A stretch of DNA of 64,000 nucleotides from Dicyema japonicum (GCA_011109175.1 RDEW01000006.1:1709038-1773037), one strand, 5' to 3'. Numbered from the stretch's first letter, positions 12,297 to 25,687 are shown. Notes: generated by a model from the sequence alone, not told the origin. Translations and numbers: made by a program.

Positions 12297-12559
12297 TTTT
12301 ATCCATCCTAACATTGGAAAACATTCTTAGAGAAGTTAACTGCTCACCAATCTTTATTCCCTCTCACTCACACAAATCAGTCACCTCTTCTCTATCAACA
12401 TCCAATGTAGTGTCCTTACAATAATCACACATAGCTTCACAAGTTTGCTGAAGCAGATGTGATCATCCTCGGGGACCTTAATCCCATGCCTAAGTCGATG
12501 ATTATAGAGAACATTTGTTGTTTAGACTCATTTGTTTAATTAATTTAATTTATTGAACC

Positions 12560-12897
12560 AAAACCGTCGTCATATCCGAATTTCAGGTGATCCCAGCCTT
12601 CGTCAACAGTCTCCCTATCTTTTCTCAGTGTTCCGACTTCGTTCCTGCGCATTCTCCTGACATGACGAGTCTCCACCGGAAAAGTACCCAAATGTGTAGG
12701 AAGAGTCGTCCAGGGGGAACTCCTCTGGATAGTCCGTTGACAAATTGGTTCTTTTGGATACACTTTGACTTGCATTCTGAAGCCACCAGAGAAGAGTGAA
12801 CCACATGACCCCACGCTAATTAAGTGAATTAAGAACAAACGAACATAACAGAAACTTTAATCAATTAGCCACAAAACACCACATGGCACCAAGCGGC
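12560..12897 (-). mobile_element. 5' portion of a Jockey/I-group (Vingi/Ingi-like) LINE
   Basis: Starts AGCCGCTTGG.GCCATGTGGTG..GTGGCTAATTG like the element starting at 50978, and carries the conserved structured motif. Confidence 0.65.
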
Positions 12898-13147
12898 TTG
12901 TATAATTTATATTCACGAATTATTTGCATCACCATTCAAATAAAAATATTTTTAAATAAAATAATTAAAATAACCTTAAATTAAAAAAATAATTTAAAAT
13001 AAAACATCATTTTTCACTTTCCTCATGTAGCTGTTAGATAAGAGAATGATAGACATGGAAATCCCTGAATTCAAAGTTGAAAATCAATTATTATTTAAGA
13101 AACAACTTATAAAGATTTGTGTTTTTTAAAATAAAAAAAATTAAATT

Positions 13148-13310
13148 GGATCCCTCAGGAGACGCCCAATTCCTGACCGGCATCAAAGGATCCTCTATTC
13201 TTTCCCCGGGACAATGTCGTTACCTGGAGACAAGTTCTGTAACGCAGGAACGAGTCAGGATCAAGTAGTTGGTTAGTTTGGTTATCCTTGGTCTTTGGAA
13301 TAATTTTAAT
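13148..13310 (+). mobile_element. Short internally deleted LINE derivative (5' motif + 3' tail)
   Basis: 5' part is homologous to the reverse complement of 50828-50880; 3' part TTAGTTTGG.TA.CC.TGGTCTT.G.A.T matches the LINE tail at 44040-44080. Confidence 0.55.
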
Positions 13311-13449
13311 TAATTTAAAGGTCAACCAAGTAAGAAATATTATTACCTTAGAAAATAAAATTATATGAAATTTCCGAAAAGACCATATATTTTTGATTCA
13401 CGGACCAAAATTAGAATTCTATTTAAATTTTAGTTCCTTTTTTGAAGAC

Positions 13450-14197
13450 ATGGCTAATAAGCATTTGCTATCTGAATTAGAATACTATTTTCAAGTTTTT
13501 GAGAGAAACCAAACTTCAACCGTTAGAAATCGGCTTCGACTTTCTCATGGCCTGCTGTGCACAATATGATTATATCTGCTCAAGGATTTTCTGGTTGGTT
13601 TCCAATATTCACATTCCTACCGTTTGCCACAGCCGAGTTGACACGAAAAGTAATACAATTTAACAATTTTAGGACGACAATGACGTCAAAAATTATTTTT
13701 GTACAATTTACCACGTGTCTTCTTATAATTTTGGAGAATAACCTAAAATCAACTACATTCTCAATCAGAATAGTATTTGGACGGATTTTTTTGTTGGGAT
13801 TTCTTGGTATAAAAAACACCTAGTCATAACTATCTCCATGTGGATTGAGAATGTACATACTAACGTTGTTTAGGTCATTTTGAACGAATTTTATAATTTT
13901 GGTGTTACTTGAGTGAGCAGCAGATCAAATAATAAACTCTCTTTTGGAAGACCTTCCTTCCACTTTCATTGCAATGTGACTCGGAAAGAAGACATCTTAA
14001 GTTCGGATAGAATGTGCATTTTGTCTATGTTTGATATAATACTCTCTACTGCACGTGCTATTATTTATACCTTGGATGACTTCGAGACAATTATGGAGTT
14101 AAAAGGATTTGCCAGAATGGTTATTGGTTGTGCTGTAGTTCGGGTTTTTCCTGATCACATTCCTTACAATACTTGTATTTTTGACGGCTATGATTGA
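13450..14197 (+). CDS. Possible spliced gene or pseudogene of unknown product
   Basis: GT..AG segments of 32, 23 and 21 nt join ORF pieces in frame, but in-frame stops remain and no domain is recognised. Confidence 0.25.
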
Positions 14198-15447
14198 GGA
14201 ATTATCTCAGTTTATGGGGATTCTATTTGAGAGGATATGATTACTTTATTGTTGGGGGAGGTTGACCAAAAATACTACGACAGATAATGCCACTTAAGGG
14301 AGTTATGAAATCGATGAAAATATTTCGGTTTGTGGATGTGGAGAATTGTCCTCTATGGATTATTGGTGGAAGATAAACGGTTTTTGTCTGTTTTGTTAAG
14401 GATTACTCCTGACATTTATTGAATTTTAGGCGGAAGATTCACTGAGAGTGTTTGTTGAGTCCACCGATGCTGACGGACTAATGTCTGTGTTTATAAAGTC
14501 AAAATTATTATTTCCTAGTTTGACCAACAGCAGTCTCATTACCTCTCTGATGAGATATTATGTGATCATACCCCTCCACTGACAATCCATTAATGGCGGT
14601 CTGTCTACCTATGATTGACAACCTCACAGAAATGCTGACAAATTATTATGACAACTACAAGAATGTCTAACCAATACACGTGTCAGCTTGTCATTGTCAA
14701 ATACTCTCCACCACAATACTCCCATTAAATACAAGCAATTCCCGTCGATCAAATTGGAATAAATAAATTTGTGATGATTTTTAATATATGTGTATTCATG
14801 TTAGTGGATTGTATTCCCTTTGATTAGGAGTTTTTGGGTCATACAGTCCGTTGATGAGGGCAAACAGAAATGGAGTATAATTAAATGATATGGAGGACTT
14901 TTTAATAGTTATTTGGGGGAGACTAATCTATGTACCATTAAAGCTCAATGTTGTATGTTTGTGCCACCATAACTCGTAGATAAATGTACAGATTTTAATT
15001 TAATTTTTTTTGTTTAACTGAATTGAGAGCACATGCAAAACAATGCTTAATGAAGAATCAGAAGAACAGCATAGCAGTCGGTCAACAGAATTGAGAACAC
15101 ATGCCCTACAGGTGTGGGCTGTGGAAGTCCAAGAAGAATCTAACGTCGTTTGTCAATAATCAAGCTCCGACAGCCCTCTGCAGTGCTAGTATTGTAATAA
15201 TTTCATGGACTTTCTCATTGACAAACTACCTTAGTTAACTGACTTGTAACCATCAGCTCCTCCTTACTTTATATCCTCCCCCACTACCACGTTGTCGTTA
15301 AAGGGTATTAATGTAATTTAGTATCTTAGATCAAAGAATTGTGAGAATACTGAATATATATCTATCATTCGGGAATATTTCGTTTAGACTATGCGTGTTG
15401 CAATAATAAAATGTCTTATTTAAGAAATTTACAAAATAAAAGTCCTG

Positions 15448-16906
15448 CTAAATGACATTACCCAGACAATATCTGATAACCAATTCAGGCACAATTCGGC
15501 AAGATGAGCTTACTTCATAAAGAAACTGTGTTTCATTTGCTCCTCACGTTTAATAACTCCAATAAAATTTCTTATAATTTCGAGTCTTCGTGTAAATCCT
15601 CTCCCCAGAACTTTCGGCAAATAATCAAAAGAGCGTTGAATGCAGTTTGACCCATTTTATTGATTTGACCGACCTCGCTGAGATCAGTCCTTTCTTTTTG
15701 TAATAACATAAAGCATACCGACACTAAATAACAACAGTAAAGTTATAAATATGAATTCTTCTGGTAAAAAGGAGGGAAATGATGAATGAATTCGCCAAAA
15801 TAAATGAAGTAATTTGTTATAATAGTTTTCAATTAGTCCCGTAGGGCTTTCCTTAGAAACTATGATCACGTTGTCGAATGAAATTAGGTTTGAACATGGA
15901 TCATAATATTGGTACATATAAACTAAAAATATTTCAAAATTTCCTATTTTAATACACAAAATTACCTTCCTCGATTAGAATATTTTGATCTTCTCGATTG
16001 ATTCCTTCGAATCCGGGAATTTGGTGGACGAAGGCTAGGACTTTCTGCAAAAATTTATTATATGAGCAGATGAATTCTTCTAATAAAGTAGTGGAAGGCT
16101 AAATTCAACAAATCAAATACGTTGATAAATGTAAAATTTTTTGAAGCTTTTATAAAGTTATTTCCTGCGTAGAAAATAGTTGAATATGATGTGAGTGTAG
16201 TCATAATGAATTCATCTACAACTATAAAGAGTCTAACTATAATCGGAGCTATGAGAGACCATTCTGGTAATCTAAAATAAAGATATTACGAATAGTAGTT
16301 CTCATAAGTGGGGAGATAACCGTCTATTAATATTTCTACAAATTACTTAGTATTTGACGCTCTGAGGAATATGGATTTGCAGATCCATTAAAATTATGTA
16401 TAACGTGCTTGTCATAGTAACCCTGATCCCGACTCTGTCCTTAGTCTCCTTAGACATTCTCCCAAATTTCATAGCTATCAGATAAGAACAATGACATTAT
16501 AGCATAAAAATATAAAATGTAGGTCAAAAGTTATAATAATCAATATTTTTGACATACCTCTTCTGGACATTCCCAATTTCACACATTTTTTTAATCGACA
16601 ATATTGACATTTATTTCTGTTTGTTCTGTTGACCACACATGTCTCATTTATAACACACTTGTAGGTCGCATTAGCCATCTGAGACCGTCTGAAAAAGTTC
16701 TACAGTTATAATGATTCAGTTACTTTGCATCCTTCGCAAGTAATGAGCCCATAGTGAATTCCTGATGACCTGTCTCCACATACCCTACAAAGTAGTTCTC
16801 TGTAGCTATCTAAACAATGAAAGCAATGCCAAAATAGATTTATTAAAATTCAAAAAAATATATTATTGACACATTTTTAGAAACACTTATAGGTATTATC
16901 GGACAT
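15448..16906 (-). CDS. HR3/ROR: Nuclear receptor, NR1F (ROR/HR3) type; start and stop approximate, some indels
   Basis: [25 protein letters not shown]|NFFRRSQ...CQYCRLKKC; T/A-box GMSRR|AMKFGRMSK; LBD signature [20 protein letters not shown]; introns of 24, 83, 22 and 25 nt. Confidence 0.88.
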
Positions 16907-17269
16907 ACATTCTCACAATATTAGTTAGTGGCAATAAACAGGTAATCAACCGAGATATAACACAGTTTGGAATAAAATAACTTGATTTTGATAAAAAAGA
17001 CAGACCCATAAATGTTTTGATAAATCAACGTTATTCACTTTATAAACAAGCATATGCTAATTTAACATATGAACTTTGATAAATGTCCATATTTACATAA
17101 TTAAATATTTTAGTCATAATATCAACACTTTATTTGCATTAAATATCAAAAGCACTTTCACAAAACCAATTATATTAACTAAGGTCCTGTTTGTTAAAAT
17201 AATTGTCCATTATTATATTTTGCATTCTATGCACGTGCACAAACAGTTTCCATCTTGGTTCAATAATGT

Positions 17270-18030
17270 CGATGCTTATTGGCCTTGATTGTGCCACAGA
17301 ATATACTTTCTTTTTTTGAAAATGCTTTTTGGGCCTACTAGGCCCATTAAATTGCGTAATTGTTTTCGATGAAATATATCCATTTCTTGAGCTCTAGCTC
17401 TGTGACCCCCAATCAGGAATACGACGAATAGAACCGGAGATAGAGAGTCCCCCTGAGGTATTCCAACTGTTGTCCCAAATGGCTTCGATGTTTTTGTTCT
17501 CAACTCGTACAGTTAATTCAGTGTTCGATAACAGGAAACGGACAAGTCTTGTGTTATCCTCATCAAGACTCCCAGCAACGTCCACAATGTTTTTCTGTTG
17601 TCAGTGTCAAACGCACTGGACATGTCCACTCCCAAAATTTTTAAAATCACACTTGTATCGTTGACATGTGGCACATATCCACCTGTGGGACCAAACAGCA
17701 TCTGCGGTCGAACGTCCCTTTCTGAATCCACTCTGTCCCGGCGACAAAAATTCATAAACATCAGAAGATATCCGACTAAGGGTTATCAGAGATAGTATCT
17801 TCCTCAATGTTTCCAGTAATATCACTGGTCTTAGATTTTTTATTGGTCCCTTGCTCTTTTTTGGTTTATGCAGAGGAATCAAAATTCCATCACCAAGTTT
17901 CAAGGGGGATGCGTCTCAAATACATTATTGAAAATCTTTGTAATGAGGGTTGTCAGTTCGCCTGGTGCATACTTGATCATTTCTCCATGTTGTCTGGTCC
18001 CCTGCCCTGTTGTTGTTTAACTTAATGATT
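17270..18030 (-). mobile_element. RTE-clade LINE RT fragment with internal deletion
   Basis: LRPVILL, QSGFRKGRST, VDMSSAFDT, GIPQGDSLSPVLF. Confidence 0.85.
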
Positions 18031-18074
18031 GCCAGATTAGTTTCCTATGTAGATATCGGTAGATTAAGGCATCT

Positions 18075-18830
18075 TTTTATTATTATTATCAGCACTGCCG
18101 AGAACACATAAAAAAACAAAAGTCAATTAAGGTTCCCTTGTGCCGGCCATCCTTTGCACCAATCGCATCCAAAGGCCTCTCCGTTTCGCAAGATCTCTTA
18201 GTTCATCGAGGTCATCCATTGTTTTCAACTCCCTGCCTATGGCTTTTAGGTCCTCATTTAGCGTGATAGGTAAGGTTGTTCTAGGCCTTCCTCGGAATCA
18301 TTTTGTTTTTTCCATGAAATATTCATCTATTACGTGATTTAACGGGACATCCAGGTCCATCCTCAGAATGTGACCGAACAGTCTCCATCTCGATCTTCTG
18401 ATTTCCATGGATAATGGTTCTGTTTTGCTCAACTTATATAATTGTTCGTTTTTGATCTTCATTTTGTAGTGAATATTAAGTGCCTTCCGAAGCATACTGC
18501 GGTCGAAACTGTCAACTCCATTGCCCGTTTAGACAAACTCCATGTCCACAGTTATATATTAGGATGGGCAAAACAAAGTATTTATATATCATAAGCTTTA
18601 TTTTTCCACAAAGTCTTCTTCCCGAACTCTATATTTTAGATAGGCTTCTGAAAGCACCAGATGCAAGGATTTTCCGTCGAGCTACATCTTCCTCGTCCCC
18701 CAAGAGCGATCCGACCTTCTTATGTCTTCTCCACGTCTCGTCGGATATCCTCTCTGCACGACTGAATGATGTAAATTCCGTTTTGTCAGTGTTTATCTTC
18801 AAGAACCATTTTTGGAAAAAGGCATCTTTT
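18075..18830 (-). mobile_element. RTE-clade LINE 3' half with (TAA)n tail
   Basis: LKINTDKT, VLPILIYNC, RWRLFGHILRM; tail at 18075-18090. Confidence 0.85.
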
Positions 18831-19179
18831 AGGTCAATTAATTTTTATGACTAAAAAAATTATTTAATTTTTATTATTTATTCGCATTATAATATTTAAT
18901 TAATTTTATTACACGTGTTTTTTTTGTTATTTGATCCATCGCAAATGGATTGATTCTTATGTCCAATATTGATTAACCGAGTTGCCGAGCTGTGAAATGC
19001 CATTATTTTATTTTTACGAGATATTGGGTCGACCGAATTTTCCGATTTATTTAACAACGATATTTTCATGCTTAAACTATATTATCTGTATTTTTAATGA
19101 ATAAAACTTATCACTACAAGGTATTTTTATTTTTCTAAAACCAGGTTACAACATGAGGTAACAATGCTATAACATGAAG

Positions 19180-19734
19180 CTATGGAAAAAATGTCTGCGT
19201 TTATAAAAATTGTCACTATGGAGGAGAAAAATACGAAATAACAACGCTTCAATGTTTCCGATGGTAGAAAATAAGATTGGTGATAATGAACCTGAAAAAT
19301 GGTCTTCTTCGATTATTGATCTTGAAAATAAAATTGGAAATTATTTCCCAGTTACTGAACCAATTGCGACTTGGATAATACACCCTTTTATTCCGGAAAC
19401 CAATAAATTAATTTACGACGGCCAAGAAATTGATTTCCAAGAACAGTTGATTGAATTGCGAAATTCGCAGTTTTGAAGATGACATTTAATTCGCTTTCGA
19501 TTATGGAATTCTGGATTTCTGTTATTAATGAATATTCAATCTCAAGTAAAATGCACTGGAAGAAATAATTCCCTTTCCAACCACTATTTTATGTGAAATG
19601 TCATGTCTTGTTATTCTGAAAAGTAAAGTTCGCAACCGACTTGAGGTGCAAGACGATATGAGAATGGCACTTACAACATTGTACCAAAAATAGAACAGCT
19701 AGTTTCTGAAAAGCAGGATCAAAAATCACACTAA
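19180..19734 (+). mobile_element. hAT (Charlie/Buster-type) transposase C-terminal remnant
   Basis: EFWISVINEY..IPFPTT.LCE..KSKVRNRLEVQDDMRMAL..PKIEQLVSEKQDQKSH* (hAT dimerisation region). Confidence 0.85.
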
Positions 19735-19779
19735 CTCTAAATATAATAATTTTTCAATTTGATGAAATCTTTACAATGA

Positions 19780-20400
19780 ATTGTTTTTCTACCACCAAAT
19801 ACAACATCGAAATTACAATTTTTGGATCAGGGGATTATAAATTATTTTAAATCAAAATTTAAAAAAGCTTGAGATTAAATTTAAGCATGATCGAAGACAA
19901 TTTTGAAATTACATATGAGGAGAGATTAAAAGAATTTAAATTAATCAATTCTTTACCTGTAATTATTGATTCGTGGAAAAATGTCTCGTCAAATACAATA
20001 AAAAATTGTTTTGAAAAGGCGCTTGAAAATTGGAAAATTGCAGAGGAAAAAAAACCGAGAAAGAAAATGAAACAAATATGAATGCATCGAATAAAACCCT
20101 AGATAATTTCAGCTCCAAAAAGTATGATTTCAATGACTTTTCTACAAATGATGAAAAATTGTTTAGTGATGAAGAATTCTTGGAAAAAATCCAAGAGTCA
20201 AGTTTTGAAAGCTGTGAAAATGGAGAAAACAATGAACTCGAAAAATAAAGGAAATTAAGTATGCAGACGCGATAAATCATTTGAAGAACTAGAAACTTTT
20301 TAAAATACGGAAATAGTGGACTATCAATTCTGGGAATGCTGCGTAATATTTTATTGGAAATTAAAAAAAGAGAAAATCGTTAACAACTGATTTTATGATT
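19780..20400 (+). mobile_element. pogo/Tigger transposase C-terminal remnant
   Basis: FLPPNTTSKLQFLDQGII..FK and IIDSWKNVSSNTIKNCFEKA. Confidence 0.85.
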
Positions 20401-20864
20401 AAATTAAATAAAGAATCTTAATTTTTCTTAAAAATTTTATTATTTATTTTAATTAACGCATTAAAATGAAGAAAAGTAAACAGAAAAATAACTGTATTCG
20501 TAGGTTGAACTCCTCTCTGGAAAAGGCGAACTGCTGGAAACATTTGCGCTCCGTATCCCAACTTCTCAATTTCAGTGACACGTTCGTCAATTTTCTTGAC
20601 ATAAATTTTCTTCTTCCTCCTAATTTCTTGACAATACGATTTCTTTCTCTTCTTAACTCGTTGTAAGAATCATTATTTTTACATGATTCCATTTTTTTTG
20701 TTGTAATTGATAATGATCCAATTTCGTTATCGAAGACCCCTTTAAATCCTGCCGGCATTTTTCCCCAAGCACGTCGAAACCTGCTTTCTTTATTTCACCA
20801 ACAGTAGCATTCCAAATCATCTCTGGGGGACTTTCCAGTTGATGGGTGGTTGGCGAGGGACGAG

Positions 20865-21855
20865 CTGACCTTAATTGACTTTTTGTTTTTTGTGTTCTTG
20901 GAAGTAATAATAATGTTGAATGGTCTATTTTTAAAAATGGGTAACGGTTGCTGGCTTGACACGTGATTCAATTTGACAAAATTCTAATATGATAGCACAA
21001 GAAGGAGGTCAACCGCAAGACCCAAAGGAGCAACCTTAGGAGACAATCATAGCCGATGTTCAGGGTTATTTTCTCCAGATCTATGGAAGACTTTCAAGGA
21101 TGCCAAAAAATAGACGTGCGTACAACGACAAGTTTGCCTTGTCGGTTTCAGTTACTTACTTCATTCACCTCAAACAGGGTTCGACCTCGTGTTTTACAGA
21201 CGCACCCATCATGCTGTGTGCAGCATGAAGATCAGGAGAGCGACATGAGAGCCCTGCCTCGGACTAACTGCTTAATTCTTCTAATCAGGCTTCCTATTTC
21301 TTACTTTGTGAATGAGAAGCCTTTCACGGAATTTCTTTTAGTCCCAATATCCTTAGTATCCGTTACTTTACACGTTTCGCTGGAGAGTGTTTGAAAACGA
21401 TCAAGTACTATTGTATTCTATGAAATTTACGATTTTGTAAATTAATTATTTTGATTTTCAAACAATGAGGAAATTATTTACTAGTTCTTTCAATTTTAGA
21501 CCGAAAAGAACTTTAACTACAGTCATGTGTTATCTGACAATTCATATCTTAAAAATTTCAAGTTTCAACGTCTCCAGACTCCATCGCCTCGTTCATCCTC
21601 ACGGTAAGGAAGACGTAAACTTTCATATATCATGAAGCTAAGTAGTCATTTTTAGATCTATGTCAATTTGGGTAAATCAAATTTCCATTTAATATAATTT
21701 CCTTAGTGTTTTTCTATCTGTTTGGCCGCAAGTATTTTACTCTTAGAAGAATCACAAATGTTATGCTTGAGAGTGTTTAAACAATAATTTTACTGATTAA
21801 TTGTTGGGGTGGTTGTCCCGCAGGAGCAATCCTAGTGTTGTATGGCACATAGTGT
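20865..21855 (+). repeat. Second copy of the ~1-kb repeat at 6269-7229
   Basis: Colinear similarity with 6269-7229. Confidence 0.9.
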
Positions 21856-21916
21856 TCTAATGTAATATGTCACAGGCAAAAAATCAAAAAAATTTTTTTG
21901 ATTTAATTTATCAAAT

Positions 21917-24820
21917 CTCAGCGGGCTGCGTGCTCGCTCTACCTTTGGAACTGCAGTGTCTGCATGGGAACTGGTTGGAAAACCCAGAGGATCATTCCAA
22001 ACGAGCACGTTGAACCAAACGAGCCTCTAGACTTCAATAATATGGACAACCTCTTGCTCTTCTTATCGGATCTAAGGAAAGCCAGGAAGATCCCAATCAG
22101 GATCCCAAGACCCGTCCGGATCCCGCGGCTACATGCCTGGCCTCTGCAATTGACAATGCTCTCACGTCCGACGACCTGGAGGCCTGGCTAAAACTCCTCA
22201 GTTTTGCTCCGATGGCCCTTGGAATCCCTTGGAATTCCATTTATCGACTCAAAGGGAGGTCAACGGAATACAGAGGAAAGCACGACACTTGGAAATTCCC
22301 TTTCCTAAAAAATGAAGAAGAACATCCAAGTTTTCTATGTGCATTCTCTCACCAAGACGGAAGTCAAGAAATCAAAACATTCTGATTCCAATCCTCCGTT
22401 TATTTGAATGGCCCGGAAAAACTTAAAGAGAGAGTGAACCGCAAACTATTCGAAGGCGACGTCCGAGCGGCGTTGCGCGTCGTCGCCAGCGACGAAACTG
22501 TTATGGCTGCGACACCTGAGGTGCTAGAACTACTCAGACATAAACATCCATGTGCTCCGGAAGATTACCGCCCATTCGTGCTTCCGGGAAATTTGTCAAG
22601 GATGACCGTCACCGAAGGCGAAGTGCGACGCGGCATTTCGTCCTTTGCGGCGAGTAGCAGTGGAGGCATCGATGGCTTGCGGCCGGGTCACATCAAAGAT
22701 CTTACGGCGGAGGCTACTGCAGAAGCTGGCTGCAACCTTGTCAAATCAATTACAAAACTGGTTATGCGTATTTTGAACGGAGATATTCCTCCCCACGCAA
22801 GGGAGCTCCTTTTCAGTGCACATTTATTGGCCTTCAAAAAACCTGAAGGTGGGGTCCGCCCCATCGCAGTCGGCAACTATTTCAGAAGATTGACAGCGAA
22901 AATTGCATGCAGCATTGTCTCTCCGAGAATATCTGAAGAATTTTCCCCCTCCAACTGGGGTTGGTGTAAGGAACGGATGCGAGGCGGCAGTGCATGCTGC
23001 GAGGTGTTTTTTTGGACAGAAAGACGAACAAAACCCACACATTGGGGTCAAGCTGGACATCTGCAATGCCTTCAATTCATTGAGGAGGGATCAAATTTTC
23101 GAAACTACAAGCAAACGAGCCCCGGAACTTATTCCACTTGTCTTCCTCGCTTACGGAACCAATTCTTCACTGGTTTTCGGGGACAAGATTATCTGTTCGG
23201 AGACCGGAGTTCAACAAGGGACCCACTTGGTCCACTACTCTTCGCTCTGGCCATCGATGAAATTGTCCGCTCTATAAACACACAACTAAACCTTTGGTAT
23301 CTCGATGACGCCACAATTGGAGGGCCGTGGAGAAAAGTACACGACGTTCTGTCACATGCCGTGCCGGCACTACGAAACCTCGGACTTGAGATAAACATAA
23401 AGAAATCGGAGCTAATAAATATCACATACTCGGAGAGTGATTTCATCAACGTGGTCGAGTCTTTCAACTCGGTACTACCTGGAATTACTGTCGTACCCAG
23501 GGAGCGGACATACTTTCTTGGGTGCCCACTTGACGAAAAGGAACTGCGGAGCCATCTACAAACAAAAGAGGATGAACTCTCCAGAGTCACGGAGAAACTC
23601 CTTACTCGATGGTCATACAGCGTTCTTCCTTTTGAAGAATAGCATCGGCTTGCCCAAACTCCTATATGCTCTCCGATGTTCTCCCTGCTTCAAACATCGT
23701 GACATCCTCCTGTCACTGGATAGGACATTGAGAAAATCAGCTGAATTACTTCTAAACATCCACTTTGATGCGCCGAGTTGGAACCAATGCAAGCTTCCTA
23801 CACGCCTCGGAGGAACGGGTCTCAGGTCGGCGCTGGAGATCGCCTATCCAGCATATGTGTCATCGCTCTCAAGTGGAAGCCTTTTGGTCCAAGAAATCCT
23901 ACGTATTACAACCGGACTCTCTTGGGAAAAAGTCTTCGACGAAGCTCGTTGCGAATGGTGTGAAACTGGTTTGGATATGCCGAACGATCCTTCGAGGCAA
24001 CGTGACTGGGATGATATTTACTCCAAGAATATCTTCGACGTGCTAAAGTCTGAGGCCAACCAGCATCGTCTTGCATGCCTCGTGTCCGCCGCCAACCATG
24101 GGAGCGGAGCGTGGCTGGATGCACTCCCGTGTTCCTCCCTGGGGACCCTATTAGACGATAACTGTATTCGGATCGGGATCGCACAACGCCTGGGAGCTGA
24201 TGTTTGCGTCGAACACCCAATGTCGCTGTGGAGGGATCGTCGATGCCAAAGGGCTGCACCCGCTCTCGTGCAAAAGGAGCGCGGGCAGAGCACCCCGCCA
24301 TGCTGCTATGAACAACATCGTCTTGCGAACTCTTGAAGCGGCAGGCTTCCCAGCAGTACTGGAGGCTGTGGGATTGGACCGCGGAGATGGGAAAAGACCG
24401 GATGGGTTAACTATCTTTCCGTTCACTGAGGGTAAATCGCTCGTATGGGACTGCACTGTTGTGGACTCTTTCTCGAACTCGATGATGCTCGGCTCAGCGC
24501 AGTCTGCTGGATCGGCAGCCAATCTGGCCGAGAAAATCAAGATTAAAAAATATGGTGAAATTGGAGACCGCTAACGTTTTGTACCGGTAGCAATCGAGAC
24601 GTCTGGTGCAGCCGATAGTATTACAGCTTCTTTCCTAAGTGAAATTGAGGGAAAATTGGCCCACCGCAAGAAAGACGTGCGGGAAGTGGTCCGGCTAAGG
24701 CAAAGAATTGGTATCGCAGTTGTTCGCGGAAACGCTTACTCCGTGATGTCAGCAGCCGCTCTACCCCATAGTTAATAAATAATATTTTATTGTTAAAAAA
24801 TTTTTGACGTTAAAAAAAAA
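21917..24820 (+). mobile_element. CRE-clade non-LTR retrotransposon (family 2), 5'-truncated, poly(A), 12-bp TSD
   Basis: GGVRPIAVG, WYLDDATIG, CRCG..HPLSC, KRPDG..WDCT; TAA stop inside REL at about 24572; AATTTATCAAAT at 21905-21916 and 24821-24832. Confidence 0.93.
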
Positions 24821-25379
24821 AATTTATCAAATTAATATATATAATTTGACGAATCTAGTGAAATGAAAAATGAACAATCAATTTAACAAAGGTTACGGAA
24901 TAAGTACTACCAGTCCGCTAGTTGGCCCGACTGTTCATCTCGGTACCCCTTTCCTTGTTAACCATTCATTTGTTGGTCTAGGAAGTCACACATCCTGATT
25001 TGAATATCTTCCCTGACTGGCCTGACTAGTTTGTTCTCCTTCTCAGTCAGGCCATCGTACAGTTTCTTCCCAAAGGATAGTTTGATCGCCGCTCTCCTTG
25101 TTTTCCCTAGTCGAGCGAGGATTCTCTCTCTAGGGGCTGTAGAACCATCCCTCGCTTCCGTAAATAAGTCTTGGACGAATCACATTCCGAAGACAAAGAG
25201 CACGGTATACTATCAAACTTTAGGCTTCTAGTGCAGAACATTGCTTGCACAGTTTTCTTCCTTCGCTCTTCGATGTCTTTGAGGTATGATCTTCTGCAAT
25301 CCCCAGGTAATTCAGAGATGAAACTCTAGGTATGCAAAGCGTGTAGAGCTCCTCGTGATGCCTACCTAGCCTGCTGCCT

Positions 25380-25687
25380 TTTCACGAGAGCCATAGTATT
25401 TATAGCTCCGCATAGGCAGGACACACACTTTATTTGAGTAAAGAACGATTAATTTTAACTAATCGTAGAACCAAAGAATGATCTTCATTTCTTTTTTTCT
25501 TTTTCTTGTGTGAGTGTCCTTTCTAGACAATCCAGTTCCGCAGTGAGTATCCACTGATGACGGCGTCACTCAACAAACCCTTTCTGCATCGTAGATGCGT
25601 GGAACCTTCCACCAAATGAACAGCAGCGAGATTCGAACCCGTAGCATAAGCTACCTAAGCCCGACACCTAACCACTATGCCACCCGG
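25380..25687 (-). mobile_element. tRNA-headed SINE, best-preserved copy
   Basis: Head 25621-25687 with A box TGGCATAGTGG and B box GGTTCGAATC, followed by the family core and tail. Confidence 0.8.

Noticed and set aside
13900-14450. Stop-codon reassignment suggested by a long frame with scattered TGA/TAA
   Set aside because: OAT, POLR2K and Meis translate with the standard code and use TGG for Trp; stop spacing is as expected for AT-rich DNA.
66-24540. Many 60-130-aa ORFs antisense to or overlapping retroelement ORFs
   Set aside because: Shadow frames of GC-richer TE coding sequence with no independent motifs.
25621-25687. tRNA gene
   Set aside because: A and B boxes are present, but the acceptor and anticodon stems pair poorly and it is fused to a repeated SINE body.
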